Both the position numbers and the translations under genes were made by a program. This document shows positions 9,421-20,168 of a DNA stretch of 64,000 nt, piece by piece (the stretch's first letter is position 1; each line of letters opens with the position of its first letter). This DNA is from Nitrospirota bacterium (GTDB lineage Bacteria > Nitrospirota > UBA9217): the NCBI GenBank assembly GCA_963790205.1, contig CAWBNQ010000001.1, forward strand, positions 1,024,001 to 1,088,000, given 5' to 3'. Under the pieces are notes generated by a model. It saw nothing but the letters and a program-made list of their open reading frames with translations. It was not told the DNA's origin and did not search any database.

Positions 9421-9767
9421 CCGAGGATCTTCTTTATCGTCTCACGAAGCAGCGACGTGTCCGCTGATTTCACGACATAGGCGTCCGAGCACCAGCTTCC
9501 GAAATCGTGCTTGTATTCCTCATAGGCCGTGCAGATGACGATGGGCAGCGTGCTGTCCTTTTCCTTCATCTTGCGCAGGGTCTCGATGCCGTCTATGTCA
9601 GGCATGCGCATGTCGAGGGTGACGAGATCGAATTTCGCGGTGTCGATCACGGCGAGCGCTTCGGCGCCGTCGGCGACCGTGGTCACCTCGTAGCCCATGT
9701 CCTCGAGCTCTTCCCGGTAGAGTTCTCGGATATTCGCTTCATCGTCTACTACAAGGATCTTTTTCAT
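9417..9767 (-). CDS. Single-domain response regulator (receiver)
   Basis: ILVVDDE, LDMRMP, TAY, conserved K; GGGAGG RBS. Confidence 0.92.
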   Translation of the reverse strand: MKKILVVDDEANIRELYREELEDMGYEVTTVADGAEALAVIDTAKFDLVTLDMRMPDIDGIETLRKMKEKDSTLPIVICTAYEEYKHDFGSWCSDAYVVKSADTSLLRETIKKILG

Positions 9768-9870
9768 CGTTGCCTCCCGTGCAGTGTGTGCATCCCGCGG
9801 ACTGTTTTTTTCAACTACGATCACGCGCAGAGCGCATAAAAAAATCCGGGGATCATCCTGCGGCCTGCTC

Positions 9871-12259
9871 CTATCTTATACCGCCCTTCGCTCCGTACGG
9901 CAGCTTTATCGTAAACGCCGCGCCGCCGCCCTCTTTGTTCCGCATCTCGATCCTGCCTTTGTGGGCCTTCACGATCCTGTTCGTGATCGGCAGCCCCAGC
10001 CCCGTGCCGCGCGGTTTCGTCGTGTAGTAGGGGTTGAAGATGTTGTGCATCGCCTTGGCGGAAATGCCGGGGCCCGTATCGCTTATTTCGATCGCGGTCT
10101 CGCCGGTCTCGGGAACGTCATACGTCCTGAGCGTGAGCGTCCCGCCGTTCTCCATGGCCTCCATCGCGTTCTTCAGGATATTGATCACCGCCTGCTTCAT
10201 CTGCTGTCCGTCGAACGCCTGCCGCGGCAGGGACCGGCTCAGGTCCTTCTCAGTCCGGATGCCGCGCTGCGCCAGCTCGTCCTCATAGAGCGTGAGAATG
10301 TCCTGGAGCACCGCGTTGATATCTCCTTCGGTCATCTGAGGGGCGATTTCCTTGATGTACGAAAGGTTGTCGTGGATGATCCCTTCGAGCCTGCCGACCT
10401 CGCTCAGAATGATGTCGATGTATTTTTTGTCCTCGGCGTTTTGAAGCTTTTTGGCCAGCCGCCGCGTGAACCCGCCGATGGAAACGAGCGGGTTCCTGAT
10501 CTCGTGGGTGATCTCGGCGATCATGGCGCCGAGGGCCGCCATCTTTTCGGACTGGACGAGCTGCTCGTGCATGGCGCGCATGTCCTTGTTCATGGTCTCG
10601 AGGTTCGAGTGAATGATGGCGTTCTCGATGGCGAGGGCCGCCTGGTGCGCGAACATGGTGAGGAACCGCATGTCTCCGTCGGTGATGGGCCGCTGGTTGA
10701 ACATATTGTCGACCAGGATGACCCCGATGACCCGGTCCTTTGCCACGAGCGGAACAGTGGCGAAGCTGTCCACCCGAAGCGTGTCGCGAAGCCATCGTGG
10801 CACGATCGGGTCCGAGGCGGCATTGATGATATTGTACGGCTGTTTATCAAGCAGCGGTGAGCGCAAGCACGCCTGCAGCCCGCTCCAGGGACACCCTGAT
10901 CCCCTTCGCGAGCGTGTTGAGCGCCGAATCCCTGTGCTCAAAAAGCTCGCCGGTCTGGATCCACTCCATCAGGCTCTTGTGCTTCATTGCGACCTCGCTC
11001 CAGGCGCGGGACGCTTCTTCCCAGCTTGCGGGGCCGATGCCCATCATGCCCTGGAGCGTATTGGTGCGATCGTTCGTGAGCAGGAGAATGGCCCGGTTGA
11101 ACCCCAGGCCGCTGCCCCCCATGGTGGCCGCCGTCAGGATGATCCTGAGCAGGCGGTCCAGGTTGAGGGTCGTGCTCATGGCCGCGCCGATGTCGTAGAG
11201 GATCGAGAGCTCCTGCGCGCGGGTGCGCGCCTCGTTTGCCAGTTTCTCCATGCGTTCGAACAGGGCGGCGTTCTCCACGGCCACCGCCGCGCCGCTGGCC
11301 ACGGTCGCAAGGAACTGGAGATCGTCTTCTGTGAACAGGTGCTCTTCCCGCTTGTTGTACAGCGTGATGACGCCGATCACGCGGTCATGGAATATCAGCG
11401 GAACGCTCATGAGCGAGCCGGCGGACAACCCGTTGCCCTTCGGCAGAGAGGGCTCCTTCGTCACATCGTGGATGAGCAGCGGTTTTTTATCCCGCGCCAC
11501 GCGTTCCGCGATCGTTTCCCCGATCACCGCGTCCAGGTTTCCGATGAGGTCGCCGATGAGGCTGAACGATGAATAGGTCTTGCCCGACACGATCTCGGGC
11601 TGGTTCATGAGCCGGATGGCGCAGCCCTGCGCGCGGAGCGACTGGGTGCTGTTTTTGGCGATGAGCGCAAGGAGCTGCTCAAGATCCAGCGTGGAAGTGA
11701 GCGCCATGCCGATCTCGTAAATGGTGGCGAGCTCGGACAAGCGCTCCTGAATCTTCTGGAACAGTTGTGCATTCTTGATAACGCCGCTCAACTGGTTGGC
11801 CGTGGTCGTCAGCAGCGTGAGCTCCGAAGACGCGGCGCTCCAGGCCGAAAGCGAGAGCACGAAGATGACGCCGAGGCAGCGGTCTTCGTCCATGATCGGC
11901 GCCGCCACGAGTGATTTGAATTTCTCGATGCCCGACTCGGGAACGTACTGAAAGCGCGGGTCCGTGTAAGGGTCCTCGAGCGCGAGGGGCACTTTCTGCT
12001 CCGCTACCCAGCCCGCGATGCCCATGCCGAGGGGAAAGCTCATCTTTCCGATAGACTCCTGGTTGAGGCCGACAGCTGCGGCCAGCGTGACCGTCTTGCC
12101 GGAGCGGTCGATGAGGAACACGGACGCGCCGTCCTTCCCCATGCCTTTCGCCACGACCTCGACGATGCGCCGGAGCTTTTCAGGCAGGTCGATGTACGAG
12201 TTCGAGATCCGGCTGATCTCGCTCAGGATGCCCAGTTCTGTTTTTTCGATCGCTTCCAT
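9871..12259 (-). CDS. Multi-GAF sensor histidine kinase; one frameshift near 10855
   Basis: Tandem GAF domains in ORF 10847-12469, continuing into ORF 9871-10941 with HEIRNPL, NAMEA, DTGPG, GTGLGL. Confidence 0.88.
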
Positions 12260-12269
12260 AGATAAATTC

Positions 12270-12368
12270 AGTAAGACAGGAGACAGAAGTGAGAAGACAG
12301 ATAAGCAGATAAGGCGTTCGCTCTCGCCGTTCTCTGACTTCATGTCCTCCGCTGCTGTGTACTCTGCT
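12270..12368. repeat. 7-nt-periodic imperfect palindromic intergenic element
   Basis: AGTAAGAC AGGAGAC AGAAGTG AGAAGAC arm followed by a pyrimidine-rich complementary arm. Confidence 0.5.
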
Positions 12369-13816
12369 ATTTTTTTCTCATCGCTTTCCGGTACACCTTG
12401 ACGTATTCCCCGGCCGAGCGTTTCCAGGAAAAATCCTGCTTCATGCCGGATTGCATCAGTCGTTTCCATTTCTTCCCGTTGCCGTACAGCGCGAGGGCCC
12501 GTTTAAGACACTCGACGAGCGACGATGCAGTATAGTCCTCGAACACGAAGCCGGTCCCGCGGCTGGTCCGCCCATTGTAATCCTGCACCGTGTCAACGAG
12601 GCCGCCGGTCTTCCTGACGACCGGGACCGTGCCGTACCGGAGCGCGATCAGCTGGCCCAGGCCGCAGGGCTCGTACTGCGAGGGCATGAGGAACAGGTCG
12701 CACCCGGCGTAGATGCGTTTGGCGAGCCGGTCGTCATACCGGAGCAGCACGCGCATCTGTCGCGGATACAGGGCGGCCGCTTCGGTGAGGATGCGATGAT
12801 ACTGCTCCTCGCCCGTGCCCAGGACCACAAGCTGTACGCCCAGGGCCATCATCTCCGGCAGGGAGTCGGCGAGGATATCAAGCCCTTTCTGCGTCACAAG
12901 GCGCGTCACCATGCCGATGAGCGGCGCGTCGCACGGCCGGCAGGCCGACGGTCTTCAGGAGCTCTTTTTTACAGGCTGCTTTACCCGCGGGCCTCAAAGC
13001 GCTGTACTTCTTTGCGATCGATGCGTCGCGGGCCGGGTCCCATTCCGCGTAGTCGATCCCGTTCACGATACCATAGAGGTCCCCGGCCCGCTTCGCGAGC
13101 ACGCCCTCGAGTCCGTGGCCATAATATTCCGAGGTCTGGATCTCCCGGCTGTAGGTCTTGCTCACGGTCGTAATGACGTCGGAGTACACGAGGCCGGCCT
13201 TCAGGAAGCTGATCTTGCCCCAGAACTCGATGCCCTCGGGCGTAAAATGCTCCCAGCCTATGCCGAGATAGCGCATGTCCCAATGCCAGAACGTGCCCTG
13301 GTATCCGAGGTTATGCACCGTAAAAACGCTCTTCGTTCGTTCAAAGGGGGCCTTTCCCCCGTAAAGCGTTTTTAGAAAAAAAGGCACCAGGCCTGTTTGC
13401 CAGTCGTTGCAGTGCACGATCTCGGGGCTGAAGTCCAGCTCCCGGCAGAGCTCAAGCACTGCCCGCGAAAAAAAGGTAAACCGCTCGGCGTTGTCCGGGT
13501 AGTCGGCCTGCGCCGTACGATAGAGCTCCGGCCGGTCGTAGTAAATGTCCTTGTCGATGAAATAGACCGTGACGTTCTTTCCCATCCGGCCCTGTAGAAC
13601 ATCGCAGCGCTCCTGCCACGACCCGAGCGGGACATTAAAGGTCGCGACCTGCTTCAGGTCGAAACCTTCCGGGTCCGCGCTGCGGTAGCGCGGCATGACC
13701 ACGCGCACATCGTGGCCGAGGGCGGCGAGGGCGAGGGGGAGGCTCCCGGCGACGTCGGCCAGCCCCCCGGTTTTCGCGAAGGGGACCGCCTCAGATGCCG
13801 CGAATAATATTTTCAT
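12367..13816 (-). CDS. glgA: Glycogen synthase; one frameshift near 12925
   Basis: KTGGLADV, HCNDWQT, TVHNL, NGID in one frame; QKG, MPSQYEPCGL, KTGGL in the next. Confidence 0.92.
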
Positions 13817-13843
13817 GATTCGATAAACCCATAAAAGCGGTTT

Positions 13844-14082
13844 CACCACAGAGGCACGGAGAGGAACAAGAAAGTACGAACTTGAGAAGGTGAGAAATTG
13901 GGAAAATTCAATTCACACCTTCTTAATTACTCGTTTCTTTTTTTCAAGATTTTCTCCGTATCTCAGCCTGTGCCCAGCGCCTACGAGGTCCCTGATTCCC
14001 GTCTCGCGATTTTCAGCGAGATGGTACGACAATGAGTCTAAGCCTTGTGCTCTGCGCGAGTACAGGGTATGTCTCCGTGGCG
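13844..14082. repeat. 9-nt-periodic palindrome with a nested second palindrome
   Basis: CACCACAGAGGCACGGAG ... CTCCGTATCTC[insert]TGTCTCCGTGG; the insert is bounded by CCTGTG.../...TACAGG. Confidence 0.5.
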
Positions 14083-14104
14083 GACGTTAATTTTTTACGG
14101 CTGC

Positions 14105-15105
14105 TCACAATTTGATTTCGCGGAGGAACTTCGCCGCTTCCTCCGGCGGCGTGGGGTTGATGTAAAATCCGGAACCCCACTCGAACCCGGCGACGTTCGT
14201 GAGCTTGGGCATGAACTCGATATGCCAATGGTAGTACTCGTTGCGCTCGTCCCTGAAGGGCGACGTATGGACGACATAGTTGTAGGGAGGGTTCGAGAGC
14301 GCTTTGTCGGTCCTCTTCAAGAGGTTCTGCAGCATGCCGGCAAGGTCCCGGTAGTCCTCGTTCGTAGAGCAGGCGTAGCAGGAAACGTGCTTTTTCGGCA
14401 TGATCCATGTCTCGAAGGGGAAACGGGGCGCGTAAGGCGCCAGTGCGATGAACAGCGGCGTCTCGAGGACCACGCGCGTTCCGGTATGGAGCTCCTGCCG
14501 GATGATATCGCAGAAGATGCACCGCTCCTTGAGCTCGTAGTGACGTTTGCAGCCGTCGAGCTCCTCCTGCACCTGGATCGGCACGATGGGCAGGGCGATG
14601 AGCTGCGAATGGGTGTGCTCGAGCGTAGCTCCCGCGGTCAGCCCCTCGTTCTTGAAGATCAGCGTGTACTGGAACCGGGTGTCTTTCTTCAGGTCTTCCA
14701 TGCGGTCCCGGTACGCCCAGAGCACCTCTTCCACGGCCTTCTGGGGAAGGCTCGCGAGCGTGGCGTTGTGGTCCGGGCTTTCGATGATCACCTCGTGGGC
14801 GCCGATGCCGTTCATCTTGTCGAAGATGCCTTCGCCCTGCTTGTCCAGGCTGCCCTCGATCTGGAGCGCGGGGAACTTGTTCGGCACGACCCGCAGCCTC
14901 CAGCCCGGTCCGTTCGGCCGATCGCGCTTCCGTCGCGATACGCGAGCACTTCGTTCGGCGTCGTGCGCTCGTTGCCCGCGTCGAAGGGACAGAAGCCCCC
15001 CCGTTTTTTGCCGCGCTGGTCCTGAAAGTCCGTCGGCCTTTTGCCGCGCTCGGACGAGATAATGACCCAGCGGCCGGTGATCGGATCTTTTCGCAATTCT
15101 GGCAT
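14105..15105 (-). CDS. galT: Galactose-1-phosphate uridylyltransferase family protein; one frameshift near 14925
   Basis: MPELRKDP...CPF, PNKFPAL, HEVIIESP, EHTHSQ catalytic motif. Confidence 0.9.
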
Positions 15106-15209
15106 AGACGAGCTCCTCTGTCCGCAATCACGGTGAAAACGCAGGTTCTTTTATTATATCCGGCTTGTTCTCTGTTGTCAAAAGAAGTCTTGATATGCTA
15201 AGATGATCC

Positions 15210-15694
15210 ATGGCGAAGAAGCTGGACAAACTGTCCTCCACGCTCGGGAGCATGCTGAAGGCCCGCGGCCTTCAGGGCCATCTCAGCGAGTACCGCATCT
15301 TCGGGCAATGGGAGCAGACCGTCGGCGCCGTGATCGCGCGCCATGCCCAGCCGCAGGCCGTGCGGGGCAAGAAGCTTTTTCTGTCCGTGGACAGTCCGGC
15401 CTGGATGCAGCAGCTCTCGCTCTGAAGCCCGAGCTCATCGAGAAAGTGAACAGGAGCCTCGGGAAGGACGCCATCAAGGAGATCGCGCTCAAGCTTGGCG
15501 AGATCGTTTCGACGAAGGGACCTCAGGCGGAAGAGGCGCCGGCCCGGCTGCCTCTTAATGCTGAGGAACGGGAGAAAATAGAACAGTACGTGCAGCATGT
15601 CCAGGATCCCGACGTCAGAGCTGCCATACGTCGGGTGATCGAGAAGGATTTTCAGATCAAAAAGGGGGCTGCGGGGAAGGGGACAAAGAAATAA
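15210..15694 (+). CDS. dciA: DUF721/DciA family protein; one frameshift near 15420
   Basis: W.QTVG.VIARHAQP...LFLSVDSPAWMQQL continuing to KPELIEKVN in another frame. Confidence 0.65.
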
Positions 15695-17123
15695 AACTGC
15701 AACCTACAGGCTTCGTAGCCAATCTAAGGCATTTTGTTCTTTAGTAAAAAAGTACTCACTTTCAGAAGCCTTGCCGTTCGTGCAACGCAACGCGTGTAGC
15801 AATGTTCCGAAAGTGAACGAAGATTATTTAAAACTTAAAGCAGCTTTATTCAATTCACGTGCTAAACGAATCACATGGCCGACGCTATTATCATTTCTTT
15901 GTTCCTCCGCCAGCCATGTACTTGCTTTTTTGATATACTCTAAAGATTTTTTGTCACGATATTTATGCCAGTATTGGAGCGAATGATCTGCATATGTCAT
16001 CGCATGAAATGTCTTTCTAATGTCGGATGAGTAACATTCCTCTAGCGAATTCATACTTTCATCCAGTGCTTTGCGTACTTCAGCACTATTCTCTCTGCTG
16101 ATATTGGCTCGAAATTTAATAATAGCATATGAATTTTTGATTGACCAATTCTTAGACCCTGCTGTGGAAATTGCCTCGTCAATCACTTTAAAGGCATCCT
16201 GATGGTCGCCACGACGGCTTAAATATAGAGCCTTTTGTTGTAAATTGAAAGGCGATTGATGTTTTTTATAAATAACATCATAAACCCGGGCACCATCTTT
16301 AACATTCGGAAATGCTCGTTCAAAAAGCCTCGCATCATATGCTCTTCTTTTGAAAGCTTCAAAATTGGGGATACTATATCTGCTTACATTATTATAAAAA
16401 GTAGTAAGCATTTTTGCTAAATCTTCAGCAGGTGCGATCTTATATATCAAATCTGCAAGCATATTCGACCTTATATTGAAATAGTCTTGATCCTGCTCTA
16501 CAAGTTCACCTGCATATTCAGTGATACTACTGCCTAGAATATCTATAAGATCGTAAATATCTTTATAGTTTTTTGCCGAGGTCGAAAAATAACTTAATAG
16601 TATATCCATTGATGCAATGCTTCGTGAGGTATGTAAATAACAAATAAGTAAAAATAAACTTACAAGGTCATCATTTTTGGACCTAAGATCTTTCATTACG
16701 CTGCTAAACCTGCTTTTGATGTTAGGTGATTTACAGTTTTTTTCTATTAATTCGAATAGTGAATCTCCTTCACTAAATTTATGAATATTATTCGCTTTAA
16801 TGTCTGATGGAATATTGCCAATTATCTTCTGGGCGTCTGCTTCATCTAGTTCAGTCACATCGTAAACTGACATTGACTTAGACAAAAAAGGGCTACTTGA
16901 TGAAGAGAGGTATGCATAATCTCTTTCGGAAATAACTAATCTAATGTTTTCTTTTTTTGAAAGTATCTCTAGTGCGTCAATCGATGACTGGAACTCATCT
17001 ACAAATAAGATTGCAGGGGCTAGGCCAATTCCAGATGCAATAGTCTGTGCTTTCTCTTTAGAGATAGCTTTTATGAATAATTTAAACCCTGCAAAGTCAT
17101 AAAAGGCTGCTAATACAAACGCA

Positions 17124-17624
17124 CTAAGTAATGTTACAAAGTCGCCTGACTTTGTGCTTTGACCACGAGTCAAGCGTCCTTTGGACCGTTGCCCAGATTG
17201 CGTCAAGGTTATCGAACCACCGGTTGGTAGTTGATTCATAGCGAATCTGGCGCCATATGCGCTCCTGCATATTCAAGGCAGGCTGATATGGTGGTAAGTA
17301 CACAATCCGGAGTCGTTTATGCTTTCTGAGAAACTCCCGGATTGGGTCACCCCTATGCCAACGAGCTCGGTCAACATACAGCCAGATAGTGTAGCCACGA
17401 AGCTGGCTATAAAGGTGCCGCAGCACTTTGAGAAAACCTTCTCGGTTGCCACGTTCCGTTTGGATGACGCCGGCACGAGCCAGAAGAGGAGCCACCCAGC
17501 CGGAAACATTCAAACGTTTCTGATGCTGGCTGGTTGTCGGCACTTTCAACCGTTTCCCGATGAGCGCCCAGCCGCGGCCAAGCCGAGGGTGCAGAGTAAA
17601 ACCGCATTCGTCCTGAAAAACCAC
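17124..17624 (-). CDS. IS630 transposase, DDE part
   Basis: FQDECGF, VDRARWH, LPPYQPALNMQERIW. Confidence 0.9.
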   Translation of the reverse strand: MVFQDECGFTLHPRLGRGWALIGKRLKVPTTSQHQKRLNVSGWVAPLLARAGVIQTERGNREGFLKVLRHLYSQLRGYTIWLYVDRARWHRGDPIREFLRKHKRLRIVYLPPYQPALNMQERIWRQIRYESTTNRWFDNLDAIWATVQRTLDSWSKHKVRRLCNIT

Positions 17625-17631
17625 AGTTTCT

Positions 17632-18156
17632 TTAGGACCCAGCGTTTTGAGTTTTTTTTAGGCTCCTGGCAAACTTCTTCGCGTCTTCTGCCTTTGCCTG
17701 GAGATAAACGTGATTGGCTCGCTTTAACCGATACCCAAGTTGATGCATCCAGTATTGGGCCTGACGGACTTTCAGCTTTATCCCGAACTGGCGCTGTAAA
17801 TGAGTTGCCAAAGTGGGGCCATCCCATCGAATACGATTTAAGCCGAACTTCTGGGGCGATTCCTCCAGTTGAAGCTCTAGCTGAGCTACGATCTTAGGAG
17901 TCATCCGAACTGGACGGCCTGACTGCTTTTTCGGGACAAGGGCTTCTACTCCGTCCTTGTTTACCGCCCGCGTCCAGCGGTTTACGTTCATCCGGGTCTG
18001 GCCTAGGACTTCTGAGATCCACCCCGGTCGTTGACCCTCCATTACCAAGAGGAGGGTAGCTATCTTTATGCCGATCCAAGCTCCTGGCACCTTCTCTGCG
18101 AGGGCCAGCAATTGCTCTTTGGACACCTTTATTGGGCTTGCAGGGGATGTTTTCAT
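17632..18156 (-). CDS. IS630 transposase, N-terminal winged-HTH part
   Basis: RW...DGVEAL...SGRP, WDGPTL, LGYRLKR; ends at an A8 run. Confidence 0.88.
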   Translation of the reverse strand: MKTSPASPIKVSKEQLLALAEKVPGAWIGIKIATLLLVMEGQRPGWISEVLGQTRMNVNRWTRAVNKDGVEALVPKKQSGRPVRMTPKIVAQLELQLEESPQKFGLNRIRWDGPTLATHLQRQFGIKLKVRQAQYWMHQLGYRLKRANHVYLQAKAEDAKKFARSLKKTQNAGS

Positions 18157-19341
18157 GCCCCCAGAATAACATAAAGTATGGTTAAAGTGTAACAATATTT
18201 ACTGCGTTTGTATTAGTTGCATCAATAAAGTAGTCTTTCCTATTGCAGGTCCACCCGTTATTAAAATATTTTTATTGCTATTTATTTTTTCTACTATTTT
18301 ATCGTAGAATCGTACTCTGCATACTCTTGGAGAGTAAATGTCACTCCAGGTTGGGGACGCGCCTTGAAAATAGTCTTGAATTGATCTATGTTCGACGGCA
18401 GAATTGCTGGGAATGGAGTATTCGGGATATGGGTGTTGAGGGTGCCCTGTCGATTCTTTATCGCTGATTTTACTACTTTTAAATTTTTCAAGGTATTTAA
18501 GGAATTCCGCGGTATCTGCTTTAATTATGTTTAGACCGAGTGATTTATAATAATCTATTTCTCCGTCGACTATATATTTTGGAGCAAGAATTATCCACGA
18601 TTCCTTATGATTATGTTCCTTTAAAGCATTGGCAAAGACTTGTAATGTCCCTGCATCTTTTAAAGCATAGCCCCAAAACAATGTTGGGAAACGACTCATC
18701 AAAGATGTTAAATAATTCCATCTCGCTGGGTCACGGGAAAAAGCACTCGCAATATCTAAATCACCAAATACTAAAGGCGACCCTTTGTCTAAAACTGAAC
18801 CATGCATATAATAAAAATCAATGGCTTGTTTGTCTTGAAAGCTTGCGCCATTAAGGTTCGCATCATTAATATATTTAGAGGGGCTTGATTCAAATATCTT
18901 CTGAAAGAGATTGTCTATGTTAGTGGTAAATACATTTTTTATCGAGACATATTCAATATTATTGTAAAGACTGTCGAAAGTACATACAGAAAACCTATTG
19001 TGCAAGTAATTATAAAGCTCTTCTTTTTTTGTTCGCGATATTAAAGTGCATAATTGGGGTAACTCTAAGGCATTCGGTGCTCCTGGAAATGCTGCAATGA
19101 GCTCAGTCTTCAATGCACTTCCTGCAGGTAAGATTCTTTCTGAACAATCTTTTGCAAGAACAGAAAAACCAGCGCCTGTAAACAGATTTATGCCCGATTG
19201 CAGACGTTTTTCAAAGGTATTAATAAATTCGATTTCCATAAGTTCTCCTAACGAGTCCAACTTGTCTAATACGGGTAACAAAGAATCAGGCGTGCAGGCT
19301 ACTTACGCAATCCTTGGGACATTACTTTATTAAGCCAGTAC

Positions 19342-19374
19342 ATTTAATCATGTTTATCTTTGCATGTCAATGTT
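19342..19374 (-). promoter_or_regulatory. Sigma70-type promoter, copy 1 (upstream of the SIR2-STAND gene)
   Basis: Minus strand TTGACA-17 nt-TTAAAT with TG extension. Confidence 0.6.
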
Positions 19375-19681
19375 TATGACTTACAACGCGCAGGCGCGGG
19401 CGACTGTCGCCCGCGTAGCCGGGATGCCCCTGGGGATGTTGTTGTTGAAATTGCGGCACTGCTTAGTCACGCAACACGTGCAACAGCGTCCCTCTGGATT
19501 TATTTTTAAAAATCACGGTGGCAGGCAAGATTTCAGAATTAGTTTTAAATTATCTACCTGTTTCAATCCTATGTCAACGCCGTTGAACGGGAATGATTTG
19601 CAGGGTGTAAGCCAACAAATTCAGAATGAATTTTTATGAATTTTAGGGAATGGAAACAATAACGACTTCAGAAGCATTGCC

Positions 19682-20131
19682 TCAATAAGACACTCTATTT
19701 CGATGCGGATGTCCCTTATCGAGATGCTTTTTAACAGCGGCAATTATGTCATCCAGTCTTGTTGGCTTAGTGATAAATTCTGCGGCACCAAGTTTCATTG
19801 CCTGTTTATATAAACTTTCCGAACCATAAGCAGTATAAATAATGACGGGAATTCTCGAATTGATTTTTTTTATTTCAGTCATCAGCTCTATTCCGCTTAT
19901 TCCAGGCATCATAACATCAGTTATTACAAGATCGAATTTATCTAATTTAAAAAGGTCAAGACCTTCTTCCCCGCTGCTTGCACAAGTGACAAATTGATCT
20001 TCATTGCTAAGGATTTCTTTAAAAATATCTCGATTTAATTCCTCATCATCAACAAATAATATATTTCTTTGCTTTTCTTGGGTTCCTGCAAGTTTTTTTT
20101 GATGCTTCCAAAGCGGTTTCCAAAATATCAT
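19682..20131 (-). CDS. Response regulator receiver protein (AT-rich)
   Basis: ILFVDDE, ITDVMMP, TAYG, FITKP. Confidence 0.88.
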   Translation of the reverse strand: MIFWKPLWKHQKKLAGTQEKQRNILFVDDEELNRDIFKEILSNEDQFVTCASSGEEGLDLFKLDKFDLVITDVMMPGISGIELMTEIKKINSRIPVIIYTAYGSESLYKQAMKLGAAEFITKPTRLDDIIAAVKKHLDKGHPHRNRVSY

Positions 20132-20168
20132 ATTTTTCTAAAAATCATTCAGATTCAAATGAACATAA

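Larger units (their letters stand above)
17113..18213 (-). mobile_element. IS630-family insertion sequence with TA target duplication
   Basis: TA-ATACAAACGCAcTAAgTAaTGTTACA vs TA-ATACAAACGCAgTAAaTAtTGTTACA inverted repeats; TA at 17111-12 and 18214-15. Confidence 0.93.
15824..19239 (-). pseudogene. SIR2-like NADase + STAND-type NTPase + helical repeat protein (Avs5-like defence protein), split by IS630
   Basis: GAGFS, TTNID, HGS, FWGY SIR2 motifs; Walker A GGPAIGKTT, Walker B ILFVDE; removing the IS and one TA restores a 770-aa ORF. Confidence 0.8.

Noticed and set aside
8125..15694. Programmed recoding or selenocysteine as the cause of the split genes
   Set aside because: The breaks are frame changes at unrelated sites, not in-frame TGA/TAG; assembly error is the simpler explanation
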